Below, one piece after another: positions 1 to 8,596 of a DNA stretch of 52,354 nucleotides. A program made the position numbers and the translations under genes. Position 1 is the stretch's first letter. Every line of letters starts with the position of its first letter. The notes under the pieces were generated by a model. The model saw only the letters and a list, made by a program, of their open reading frames with translations, ran no database searches and had not been told where the DNA came from. Origin of the DNA: a virus (lineage: Duplodnaviria > Caudoviricetes); IMG/VR virus record IMGVR_UViG_3300036785_000717, positions 1 through 52,354 of that record. One strand, 5' to 3'.

Positions 1-14
1 GGGAGGATGCACTG

Positions 15-614
15 ATGCCCCGCGTCAACGGCCCAGGAGGCCGCTTCGTCCAGGCGGACGCCGAGGCGAGCGATGTCGAGGCCCTGGCCTCTGAATTTCA
101 GCGGTCGGAGGAGTTGCGCCCGGACGGCGCGCGTGAGGAATCGTCCCGCGACCGCGCAGCCAGGCGCGCCGCCGAGATCATGGGCCACCTTGAGGGCGCG
201 CTGGACGAGGGTCAGGACGAACTGTCGCTCGACAACATCAAGATCCCCGATGGCTGGAGCTACGAGTGGAAGCGCCAGACTTGCCTCGGCAAGGGGGATC
301 CAGCCTACGACAGCCGGCTCGCCAGGACCGGCTGGGAATTCGTGCCCGCCGAGCGGCATGCGCACATGATGCCCAAGGGCCACCGGGGCGAGATCGTCCG
401 CGACGGCCTCGCCCTCATGGAGCGCCCGAAGGTGATCACCGAGCGCGTCCAGAAGATCATGTACGACCGCGCCCTCGGCGCCGTGCGGCTGAAGGAGCGG
501 CAGCTGAACGAGGCCCCGGACGGCACCTTCCAGCGGGTGGACGAGCGCGGGCGTCCCACGGCGCGGGTTCACACCAGCCATAGCCCGGTCGAGATCCCGG
601 TCCCAACCGAGTGA
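15..614 (+). CDS. Conserved phage head-module protein
   Basis: RBS GGGAGG upstream; motif IPDGWSYEWKR...LARTGWEFVP resembles a protein I recall lying just upstream of the capsid genes in HTVC010P/uvMED-like podoviruses. Confidence 0.65.
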   Translation: MPRVNGPGGRFVQADAEASDVEALASEFQRSEELRPDGAREESSRDRAARRAAEIMGHLEGALDEGQDELSLDNIKIPDGWSYEWKRQTCLGKGDPAYDSRLARTGWEFVPAERHAHMMPKGHRGEIVRDGLALMERPKVITERVQKIMYDRALGAVRLKERQLNEAPDGTFQRVDERGRPTARVHTSHSPVEIPVPTE

Positions 615-736
615 TCCGGCTGCTGGCCGCGCTGCTGGCGCTCTCCCTGGGGGCCTGCACCATCATGCTCGACCAGAACGTGACGCGGCCGGCGTGCCCG
701 AACACGGATCATCGCGGCGACTTGACATCGAAGTAA
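611..736 (+). CDS. Small putative lipoprotein (41 aa, not in ORF track)
   Basis: GTG overlaps the upstream TGA (GTGA); reads MIRLLAALLALSLGA-C-TIMLDQ..., a signal peptide with lipobox LGAC; stop TAA at 734-736. Confidence 0.6.
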   Translation: MIRLLAALLALSLGACTIMLDQNVTRPACPNTDHRGDLTSK

Positions 737-761
737 AGTCTCACTTGACAGTCTAGGAAAG
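721..761 (+). promoter_or_regulatory. Two tandem 18-bp CTTGAC...AAG operator/promoter sites
   Basis: CTTGACATCGAAGTAAAG (721-738) and CTTGACAGTCTAGGAAAG (744-761), both containing TTGACA, just before the gene at 780. Confidence 0.65.
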
Positions 762-779
762 TGGCCGCCAACTGGCCAC

Positions 780-1736
780 ATGACGCACGATCCTTTCAGG
801 GTCGAACCTCCGGCGCTCATCTCGTTCTCGGGCGGGCGCACGTCCGCCTACATGCTCCGCCGCATCCTCCAGGCCTACGACGGCGAACTGCCGGACGGCG
901 TCGTCGTGCAGTTCTCCAACACCGGCAAGGAACGCGCCGAGACCCTGCGCTTCGTGCATGAGTGCGGCGCGCGCTGGGGCGTCGAGATCCACTGGCTGGA
1001 GTGGCGCCCGAGGCCGGCGGACGTCGGCAAGCGCGAGACCTTCAAGGCCTGGCTCGCCGCCGATCCGGCCCGCGCCGCCCTGGTCTGCGACGAGGGGTTC
1101 GCCGAAGTCGGCCTCAACAGCGCCTCGCGGCGCGGCGAGCCGTTCCTGGCGCTGATCGCCATGCGCCAGTACGCGCCCAACGCCGTCACCCGGTTCTGTT
1201 CAGTCACCTTGAAAGTCAAAACGGCGCAGCGCTTCGCCCAGCGGGCGCTCGGCTGGAAGCACTGGAACAACGTCGTCGGCCTGCGCCACGACGAGGGCCA
1301 CCGCATCTTCAAGATGCTGGCGCGCAACGACGCCAACAAGGAGCCGTTCAAGGCGACCGCGCCACTCGGCGCGGCGAAGATCACCAAGCGCGACGTGCTG
1401 GCGTTCTGGTGGGGCGAGGGTCGCCACTTCGACACCCGGCAGGCGCCGCAGGGCTTCGATCTGGATCTGCGCGACTACGAGGGCAACTGCGACCTCTGCT
1501 TCCTGAAGAGCCGCGCCAAGAAGACCACCATCATCCGCGAGCACCCGGAGACGGCGGGCTGGTGGATCGACGCCGAGGTGCTGGCGCGCCAGAAGGCGAC
1601 CGGCCGGGGCGGGCGGTTCGTGACCGAGTACGGCTACGCCGAGCTCCAGGCCGACGCCCGCAGCCAGGCGGTCTTCGACTTCGGCGAGGACGATGACCAC
1701 GACGTCGAGTGCGGCCTGCACTGCGAGCCGGCGTGA
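780..1736 (+). CDS. PAPS reductase-like (adenine nucleotide alpha-hydrolase superfamily) phage protein
   Basis: PP-loop SFSGGRTS, FSNTGKE, RFCSVTLK, VGLRHDE and C-terminal GNCDLCFLK. Confidence 0.8.
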   Translation: MTHDPFRVEPPALISFSGGRTSAYMLRRILQAYDGELPDGVVVQFSNTGKERAETLRFVHECGARWGVEIHWLEWRPRPADVGKRETFKAWLAADPARAALVCDEGFAEVGLNSASRRGEPFLALIAMRQYAPNAVTRFCSVTLKVKTAQRFAQRALGWKHWNNVVGLRHDEGHRIFKMLARNDANKEPFKATAPLGAAKITKRDVLAFWWGEGRHFDTRQAPQGFDLDLRDYEGNCDLCFLKSRAKKTTIIREHPETAGWWIDAEVLARQKATGRGGRFVTEYGYAELQADARSQAVFDFGEDDDHDVECGLHCEPA

Positions 1737-3613
1737 TGATCACCTACGGCAGCGTTTGCAGCGGGATCGAGGCAGCGTCGAAGAGCCGCCCTGGCCTATC
1801 TAGCGGTGGCGGGCTGATGCGCTACCTCTCCATGTTCAGCGGCATCGAGGGCGCCAGCCAGGCCTGGGTTCCACTTGGGTGGACGCCAGTCGGTGTCTGC
1901 GAGATCGAGGCGTTCCCGCGAGCGGTCCTCGCCCATCACTACCCCGAGGTTCCCAACCTAGGGGACGTGTCCAAGATCACCGAGGGAGACATCCGTAGAC
2001 TTGGCCGGGTCGATCTGATCGTCGGCGGCTTTCCCTGCCAGGATGTGTCTATCGCCGGGAAGCGAAAGGGTCTGAAGAACGATGACGACACCCTCACGCG
2101 AAGCGGACTGTTCTTTGAGGCAATGCGACTTGTTCGCATCGCCCGAGAACATTGTGGCCTTCGATGGCTCGTCATCGAAAACGTCCCTGGGTTATACTCA
2201 AGCAACCAGGGACGAGACTTTGCTGCGGTGGTTAGTGAGGTCGTTGGATGCGGCTTTGACGTTCCACGAGGTGGCTGGGAAAACAGCGGTTGTGCAGCCG
2301 GCCCGGACGGGTTCGTCGAATGGGCTACTCTGGATGCGCAATTCTGGGGACTGGCGCAACGGCGCAAGCGTGTGTTCTTTGTCGTCGACTTTGGAGACTG
2401 GGCCAGTCGATCCCCGGTACTTCTTGAGCGCGACAGCCTGCAAGGGGATCCTGCGCCGCGCCGCCAAGCGCAACAAAGAGCTACCCCCGCAGCTGGCGCA
2501 GGCGCTGCGGCAGGCGGCGGGGAGCCTGAACTCTTCAAGGCCCTGATGACGCCCTCGGGGGGGATCGACCGCGAGGACCGGCACACCCTCATCGTCGGCG
2601 ACGACGCCGCCCCGGCCCTGACCGCTGCAGGGGGCACGGAGCGCAAGCACGGCCAGGGGTGGGGGCAGCGGGAGTACGAGCAGCCCGGCTTCCTGCAGGT
2701 CGCCTACGGCGGCAACCGCACCGGGGGCCCCATCGACGTCGCGACTGCGATGCGCGCCAAGGGCGGCACGGGCCACGGCGACTTCGAGAGCGAGACGTTC
2801 ATCGCCCACAGCCTGACCGCCGACGGGTTCGACGCCAGCGAGGACGGCAGCGGGCGCGGCACGCCGCTGATCGCCTGGCCCCTCGTCGCCGACCCGGTGA
2901 CCGCCGTCGAGGGCAAGACCTACACCCACGAGGGCAAGAACAACTTCCGCCTGCACAACGTGGTCGAACACCCCGTGTTCACCCTCGCCGCGAGGGGGCG
3001 CGACGGTAGCCCGCAGCTGGAGTTCCGCGATGATGAACTCGCCAACGCCATCCTGACGCCCAGCGGCGGGCGCGCCGGCATCGGCGTCGGCGCCGTGGCC
3101 ATCGGCATCACCCTGCACGGCAGCGATGGAACGAGGAGCACCGCGACCGAAACGGAGACCGCGAGTTCGCTCCGCGCCCGCCCGCCAGGCGGGATCGACA
3201 ACTGCACCACGACGGCGGTGCTGGCCTTCACCGCCAAAGACCACGGCGCGGACGCGGACGAGGAGGTGGCGCCGACGCTGCGGGCGGGCGGCCACGACAA
3301 GAGCCATGCGAACGCAGGCGTGATGCCGGCGGTGGCGACAAGCCAGACGGGAGAAGGCGCAGGCCTCCTGAGAAAGGAGGTTGGGGTCAGTGCGGTTCGT
3401 CGTCTGACCCCACGAATACGGGAATGTTGCAGATTGCAGGGCTACCCCGACGACTATCTGGACATCGAGTTCCGCGGCAAGCCGGCGGCGGACGGGCCGA
3501 AGTACAAGGCGCTGGGGAATGCCTTCGCGACCCCCGTTGTTCGTTATATCGGCGAGCGGATCGCGGCCTGCTGCGGCAATGCGCGCCTTGCCGAACCGAC
3601 GGCCGAACGGTAA
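1733..3613 (+). CDS. DNA (cytosine-5) methyltransferase (alternative start at 1817)
   Basis: Motif I FSGIEG, IV GGFPCQ, VI ENVPG, VIII QRRKRVF, IX RRLTP..EC.RLQGYPD, X YKALGNA. Confidence 0.92.
   Translation: MMITYGSVCSGIEAASKSRPGLSSGGGLMRYLSMFSGIEGASQAWVPLGWTPVGVCEIEAFPRAVLAHHYPEVPNLGDVSKITEGDIRRLGRVDLIVGGFPCQDVSIAGKRKGLKNDDDTLTRSGLFFEAMRLVRIAREHCGLRWLVIENVPGLYSSNQGRDFAAVVSEVVGCGFDVPRGGWENSGCAAGPDGFVEWATLDAQFWGLAQRRKRVFFVVDFGDWASRSPVLLERDSLQGDPAPRRQAQQRATPAAGAGAAAGGGEPELFKALMTPSGGIDREDRHTLIVGDDAAPALTAAGGTERKHGQGWGQREYEQPGFLQVAYGGNRTGGPIDVATAMRAKGGTGHGDFESETFIAHSLTADGFDASEDGSGRGTPLIAWPLVADPVTAVEGKTYTHEGKNNFRLHNVVEHPVFTLAARGRDGSPQLEFRDDELANAILTPSGGRAGIGVGAVAIGITLHGSDGTRSTATETETASSLRARPPGGIDNCTTTAVLAFTAKDHGADADEEVAPTLRAGGHDKSHANAGVMPAVATSQTGEGAGLLRKEVGVSAVRRLTPRIRECCRLQGYPDDYLDIEFRGKPAADGPKYKALGNAFATPVVRYIGERIAACCGNARLAEPTAER
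2082..2546 (+). CDS. Nested out-of-frame gene resembling the M.EcoHK31I beta polypeptide
   Basis: 154-aa ORF in the +1 frame inside the methyltransferase; CSLSSTLETGPVDPRYFLSATACKGILRRAAKRNKELP signature; atypical codon use across the overlap. Confidence 0.7.
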   Translation: MTTPSREADCSLRQCDLFASPENIVAFDGSSSKTSLGYTQATRDETLLRWLVRSLDAALTFHEVAGKTAVVQPARTGSSNGLLWMRNSGDWRNGASVCSLSSTLETGPVDPRYFLSATACKGILRRAAKRNKELPPQLAQALRQAAGSLNSSRP

Positions 3614-3668
3614 TGGTCTGAGGGTCAAGGAAGCGGCACGGGCCGCGACCCTCAAAGGGAAAGAACCC

Positions 3669-5567
3669 ATGAAAACCAAGCCTGAAACCCGCGCTTTCAA
3701 GATCCACCCGCAGCTGCTGTTCGACGTCATCCAGCGGCAGGCCGGGACGCTGACCAAGGCGCTCTGCGAAGGCGTGATGAACTCCATCGACGCCGGGGCG
3801 ACCAAGGTCGAGGTCGAACTCTACGCCAACGCCGCCCGCATCCGCGACGACGGCAAAGGCTTCCCCACCCGCGAGAGCATCGAACTGTTCTTCGAAACCT
3901 TCGGCCAGCCGCACACGGCGGGCGACGCCGTCTACGGCACGTTCCGCATGGGGCGCGGCCAAATGTTCAGCTTCGGCGTCAACGAGTGGTGCTCTGGCCG
4001 CTTTGAGATGAAGGTCGATATCAAGGGGCGCGGCCTCGACTACGAACTGACGGAGAAAAAGGGCGATGAGCAGGCTGGCTGCGACATCGCCATCGATCTC
4101 TACAAGCCGCTGTCCTTGCTGGAGCAGCGCGGCATCGCCGACGATCTGCGCCGCATGGTGCGCTACGTCGATGTCCCCGTGCTGCTGAACGGCGAGCAGA
4201 TCAACAAGATCGCCGCCCGCGAGACGTGGGACTTCGAAGACGAGTATGCCTACTACAGGTTGGGCCAAGGGCGCCTCGCCATCTACAACTTGGGCGTCTT
4301 CGTCAACGACAGCCGCGCCTACAACCTTGGCATCGGCGGCACTGTGGTCGCCAAGAAGCAGCTTCGCCTGAACTTCGCGCGCAACGACGTGCTGAACGAC
4401 TGCACCGTCTGGCAGAAGATCGCCAAGGTGCTGCGCGCCCGCGCCGACAACAATATCAAGGCCAAGCGCGGCGCCCTCTCCGCTGAGGAGCGCGCTCTGC
4501 TCGCGCAGCGCCTGCGCTCTGGCGACCTGACCAGAACGGAGCGCGCTCACGCAGCGGTGTTTCAGGACGTCTCAGGCCGCTGGCTGACCCTCGACAAACT
4601 GCTAAGCGCCCTCATCGGCTGCAACCACACGCTCAGCGTCGGCCCCAAGTCTCCGCGCGCGGAGAAGGTGCAGCGGGCGAAGCTGGCGGTCGTCCTCAAC
4701 GAGGCGCTGCTGGACGAGTTCTTCCGCGTCGATACGCTGGATGCGCTGGTGGCCAAGGTCATCAAGCCCAACGTGCGTTTCTGGCCCGCCGACATCAAGA
4801 CGGCGCCGCTGTCGGCGTTCGCGCCCGACGAGGGCGAACGCTACGAGATCATCCCGCCGCAGGCCTACACACCTGCCGAGGCGATCATCCTTGAGGTCTG
4901 CAACACCCTGTCCGCGCCCGACTTCGCGCGGGAGCGCAGGATCGTGTTGGGCGACGCCGACAATGCCGATGGCTGGACCGACGGCGCCTCCTACATCGCC
5001 ATCGGACGGTCTTTCCTGAAGGGCCGCGACATCGCCTCGCCCGCGACGTGGACCGCCATCGCGCTGCTGCTCTGCCATGAGTACAGCCACGGCGGCGGGT
5101 CCAACGGCTCGACGCACGTCCACTCGCCTGAATTCCACGAGCAGTACCACGACGGCAGCGTCACGGCGGTTCCCCAGTGGATCGGCGAGGCGCTGAAGGC
5201 GGTGCGCGAGGCGGTCGAAAAGACCACGGCGCGCGTCAACAGGGACGCCCTGCGGTGGCTGGACAGGATCGACGCGGCGGCCAAGGCGCCAGCGGCGCTG
5301 GAGGGGGCGCTGATGGCCGCGCGCGCCAAGCACGGGCGCGCCGCGCCCAAGACGGCACCCAAGGCGACAGGCGGCAGCTACGCCACCATCCTGACCGCGC
5401 AAGGCTACAGCCGCGATCAGAAGGCGCCTGCGGGCCACCAACTGTGGGTCAAGGCGAACGCGTGCTGCCTGATCGACACCAAGAACGGCAAGTGGACGCT
5501 CACCCGCGCGGGTCAGGAGAAGACGGGCCGTCTGACGCCGTCGCTGGCCAAGGTCTTTGAAGGATGA
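3669..5567 (+). CDS. GHKL (Hsp90/MORC-like) ATPase fused to an HExxH zincin-like domain
   Basis: EGVMNSIDAGA, IRDDGKGF, YGTFRMGRG and GCDI boxes; C-terminal LLCHEYSH...HSPEF; ATG at 3669 after AAAGGGA. Confidence 0.8.
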   Translation: MKTKPETRAFKIHPQLLFDVIQRQAGTLTKALCEGVMNSIDAGATKVEVELYANAARIRDDGKGFPTRESIELFFETFGQPHTAGDAVYGTFRMGRGQMFSFGVNEWCSGRFEMKVDIKGRGLDYELTEKKGDEQAGCDIAIDLYKPLSLLEQRGIADDLRRMVRYVDVPVLLNGEQINKIAARETWDFEDEYAYYRLGQGRLAIYNLGVFVNDSRAYNLGIGGTVVAKKQLRLNFARNDVLNDCTVWQKIAKVLRARADNNIKAKRGALSAEERALLAQRLRSGDLTRTERAHAAVFQDVSGRWLTLDKLLSALIGCNHTLSVGPKSPRAEKVQRAKLAVVLNEALLDEFFRVDTLDALVAKVIKPNVRFWPADIKTAPLSAFAPDEGERYEIIPPQAYTPAEAIILEVCNTLSAPDFARERRIVLGDADNADGWTDGASYIAIGRSFLKGRDIASPATWTAIALLLCHEYSHGGGSNGSTHVHSPEFHEQYHDGSVTAVPQWIGEALKAVREAVEKTTARVNRDALRWLDRIDAAAKAPAALEGALMAARAKHGRAAPKTAPKATGGSYATILTAQGYSRDQKAPAGHQLWVKANACCLIDTKNGKWTLTRAGQEKTGRLTPSLAKVFEG

Positions 5568-5755
5568 ACGAGCGCGCCTGCCTCGACATCCCCGGTGACG
5601 CCGAGGGCGGTCGCCTCGTGGTGGTCGCCGACTACCTGAAGTCCGTGGACAGGAGCCTCTGGAGCGCCGTCCTGACCACGCTGGCGCAGGGGCGCCCGTA
5701 CCGCAGCATCAACGGCGCATGGTCGCTGACCCCGCTGAAGGAGAGTGCTGAATAA
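5564..5755 (+). CDS. Hypothetical protein
   Basis: ATGA-coupled to the upstream gene; phage-like codon use. Confidence 0.55.
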   Translation: MNERACLDIPGDAEGGRLVVVADYLKSVDRSLWSAVLTTLAQGRPYRSINGAWSLTPLKESAE

Positions 5756-6132
5756 TGCATAACATATCACCGATAATAATCTTGCTGGCCATTCCCGTCG
5801 TCTGGTGGCTGGTCAAGAAACTTTGGGCGATCTTAGTGGTTATTGGCGTTGGTGTGGTTGGTCTGATGCTCATCGGCCCATTGGGTCTGTCATTGAGCCC
5901 GTTCGCGCTGTTCCTCATCTACATGGCGATGAAGAACGAAGGCGCCCGCCAGCAGCGGTACATAGACCAAACTGAGACTTACCAGCGCCATCAGGAGGTG
6001 CTGACGGCGACGGCTAACCTCCAGCGGAACATAGACGAGGCGCGCCAACAGGAGATGCTGAGGGCGTCGATGGCGTCGTGGCGCGATCTCCATGGCGCCC
6101 CCGGCGACAGGATCGGCCCATGGGGAATCTGA
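5755..6132 (+). CDS. Membrane protein with coiled-coil tail
   Basis: Hydrophobic N-terminal ~57 aa; TAATG coupling. Confidence 0.6.
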   Translation: MHNISPIIILLAIPVVWWLVKKLWAILVVIGVGVVGLMLIGPLGLSLSPFALFLIYMAMKNEGARQQRYIDQTETYQRHQEVLTATANLQRNIDEARQQEMLRASMASWRDLHGAPGDRIGPWGI

Positions 6133-6368
6133 CCAACGCTGAGGCCGTCGCTGACGTCGGCCAACGCCTCTGGGGCGTCAACTGGGCCTACGGCATGAGC
6201 CAGTTCGCCGACATCAACCCGCGCACCCTCACGCGCATCCAGGCGGCGGCGCTGGTGGGGCAGGACTATCCTGCCGCGCGCGGCGTCATCGCCGCCCTGC
6301 ATGAGCGGCTGGTCGCCACGCTGCACGATCTGGAACCGGCGCGCCGTCGCGCGGACACCGCCCCGTGA
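6120..6368 (+). CDS. Small hypothetical, possibly HTH protein
   Basis: MSQFADINPRTLTRI is HTH-like; lies in the operon chain. Confidence 0.5.
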   Translation: MGNLTNAEAVADVGQRLWGVNWAYGMSQFADINPRTLTRIQAAALVGQDYPAARGVIAALHERLVATLHDLEPARRRADTAP

Positions 6369-6574
6369 CAGCCCTGGAGGTGCGCGCGGCGATGAAGGCG
6401 CTGCGGCTCAACACACCCGATCTGGCGCAGGAGGCCGGGGTGACGACGCGCACGGTGAACCGCTGGCAGGAGGACGGCGTAGACGGCTCCGCTGACACGC
6501 TGCTGCGGCTGTGGCTGCGGCTGGACGCGCGCGGCGTGGAGTGGCGTCGACACCTCGGGACGCTGTACATCTGA
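6365..6574 (+). CDS. XRE-like HTH protein
   Basis: DLAQEAGVTTRTVNRW. Confidence 0.7.
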   Translation: MTALEVRAAMKALRLNTPDLAQEAGVTTRTVNRWQEDGVDGSADTLLRLWLRLDARGVEWRRHLGTLYI

Positions 6575-7173
6575 TGAAGCCGCTTCCGCCCATTCCTGAG
6601 CGGATGCGCCACCTCGACCGCGACCGACGCGGCCTGCCGATCCCGTTCGTCGTCTACCGCGACACGACGGGCAGGCCGCACTTCACGATCAACGACCACT
6701 TCAAGGTGGATCGCGCCGCTGAGTTCCGTCTGTGCGCCATCTGCGGCGACCGCCTGGGCGCCCACAAATGGTTCGTCGGCGGCCCGGCGTCGGCCTTCCA
6801 CCCGAACGGTCGCTATCTCGACGGGCCGATCCACCGCGACTGCGGGCGCTTCGCGCTGCAGGCCTGCCCATTCCTCATGGCGACGAGCTACGCGCACAGG
6901 ATCGACGCCGCGACGCTGCGGGTCGAGGACGCGCACCCCGGCATGGGCCTGATCGACTACACCCAGCACCCGGTCCAGCCGGTGGTCTTCGTGTTCGCCG
7001 ACACGAACGCCTACACACGCTCGGCCACCGGCATTTTCGACCCGGTGCGCCCCTGGAGGGCGGTCGAGTTCTGGCGCAGGGGGGTCAGGATCGACCCGGT
7101 CGAGGCGCGCGCGCTGGTCGAGGCCGCCGCCGATCCGGCGCGCCCGTTTGATGAACTGCGTTGGCCCTCATGA
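6574..7173 (+). CDS. Cys/His-motif (putative Zn-binding) phage protein
   Basis: RGLPIPFV, CAICG, HRDC, ACPFL; paralogous to 42828-43496. Confidence 0.7.
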   Translation: MKPLPPIPERMRHLDRDRRGLPIPFVVYRDTTGRPHFTINDHFKVDRAAEFRLCAICGDRLGAHKWFVGGPASAFHPNGRYLDGPIHRDCGRFALQACPFLMATSYAHRIDAATLRVEDAHPGMGLIDYTQHPVQPVVFVFADTNAYTRSATGIFDPVRPWRAVEFWRRGVRIDPVEARALVEAAADPARPFDELRWPS

Positions 7174-7554
7174 CCCCGCTCCGTCCAGCAGATTATCCAC
7201 GGTGCGCCTGAGCTTGATCAGCACCTCATCGTCTACCCGACTCCAAGTGTCCGTTCCTGCGTGCGCCGATAAGGTCGTGTAGGCTGTTTTCAGCGTCTCG
7301 ATGAGGGCGGATCCGTTCAGCAGATCGACCACCCGACGCCCCAACAGCGCCTCCTCGCCCTGACGCATCGCCTCCAGATCCAGTCGCACCGTCGCCGCCA
7401 GATCCACCGACACCGCACCTTCCGCGCAGCCTTCATCCAGCGCCATCTCCATCGCCAGGCGCACGCCCGCTATCCGCTTGGCCGCTTCGTTTTCCAACAT
7501 GATCGTTCTCCGGGCCCCCGGTTTCGATGCGTCGCCGTAGCGACGCGCGTTCAT
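7168..7554 (-). CDS. Hypothetical protein
   Basis: Last gene of the coupled leftward chain; ATG at 7554. Confidence 0.5.
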   Translation of the reverse strand: MNARRYGDASKPGARRTIMLENEAAKRIAGVRLAMEMALDEGCAEGAVSVDLAATVRLDLEAMRQGEEALLGRRVVDLLNGSALIETLKTAYTTLSAHAGTDTWSRVDDEVLIKLRRTVDNLLDGAGS

Positions 7555-7958
7555 GGCGCCGCCACCTGCATCGCGACGACCATCCCTTCGCCGCGCCCGA
7601 CGCGCACATGGCCCTGCACGATCACGGCCAGACACGCGCCCAGGTGCTCGTCGTCGCTCTTGAACAGCACCCTCGGCCGCAGCGCCCGCAGCAGGTGCGC
7701 CAGCGCCTCGCTCTCCTCTGGCGACACCTCGCCGAGCGGCGCCAGATAGTCCACAGGCGCGACCTTGGCCTCCAGCTTGGCGACCTTCGCCTCAGCCGCC
7801 TCAGCCCGCGCCGTCGCGCCCTCGGCGTGCCCCAGCCAGAACGCCAGCAGTTCGCCGAGGTGCTTGATCCGCACAGGATCATCATCGGCCACCTCGGCCA
7901 GCGCCTCGTCGGCGATCTTAGCCAGCATCTTGCGGGTGGGTTCGCTCATCGGGTTCAT
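7551..7958 (-). CDS. Hypothetical protein
   Basis: Coupled ORF with coiled-coil segment AEAAEAKVAKLEAK. Confidence 0.6.
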   Translation of the reverse strand: MNPMSEPTRKMLAKIADEALAEVADDDPVRIKHLGELLAFWLGHAEGATARAEAAEAKVAKLEAKVAPVDYLAPLGEVSPEESEALAHLLRALRPRVLFKSDDEHLGACLAVIVQGHVRVGRGEGMVVAMQVAAP

Positions 7959-7997
7959 CGGGCAGTCCCTCTTTCGTGGCCCCCGGAAGTGATCCCC

Positions 7998-8351
7998 TCA
8001 ATGCACGCTCGGGCGCTTCTCCTCGGGCTCATCGGCGAACGACGCCTGGATCGCCACCACGACGCCCTGGTGCACAGCCTCCATGAGCATCTGGAACTTC
8101 TGCTCGTGCAGTTCAGCGATCCGCCGCCAGCGGCCTGCCATCCAGTACGCGCCGCGCCGCGCCGCAATCTGAACCACCAGCGCGAACACCCAGACCAGCC
8201 GCGACAGCAGCGTCGCGGGGTCATGCGGATGAAGACCGATCCCCGCGCCAGCCCAGCTGCAGGCGGCCACCACCGTGGCGCCGTCGAGAAACCACAGCAG
8301 GCGTCGCTGCAGGGGACTCATGATCGGGGGGAGGCCGGGCTGATCGGTCAT
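7998..8351 (-). CDS. Hypothetical membrane protein
   Basis: Two hydrophobic segments; 4-bp overlap with the upstream gene. Confidence 0.5.
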   Translation of the reverse strand: MTDQPGLPPIMSPLQRRLLWFLDGATVVAACSWAGAGIGLHPHDPATLLSRLVWVFALVVQIAARRGAYWMAGRWRRIAELHEQKFQMLMEAVHQGVVVAIQASFADEPEEKRPSVH

Positions 8352-8596
8352 GGTTGCAGATCCGGGTTGGCGTGGGTCTCCAGCACCCGCCGGCCGCTGA
8401 ACTCCACCAGTTCGATCTTCAGGCAGACGCCCATCGCTCGCATTGCCATCGGCCGCAGGCTCTCGATCCTGTCGTGATCGGCGCCGATCAGCGGTAGCGC
8501 CATGTCGTCGACCCGCATCGCCGGGATGCCTTGTCCGCCGTCCGCCTCGGTCGCGACCCAGGCGTAGAGGCGGTCGATTCTCTTGGGGCCGCTCAT
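8348..8596 (-). CDS. Hypothetical phage protein
   Basis: Coupled ORF with normal composition. Confidence 0.6.
   Translation of the reverse strand: MSGPKRIDRLYAWVATEADGGQGIPAMRVDDMALPLIGADHDRIESLRPMAMRAMGVCLKIELVEFSGRRVLETHANPDLQP

Noticed and set aside
2198-4550. Long antisense ORFs (535 and 387 aa; likewise 14052-15278, 26566-27822, 46747-48342)
   Set aside because: Shadow frames of high-GC genes with no motifs; the opposite strand has clear homology
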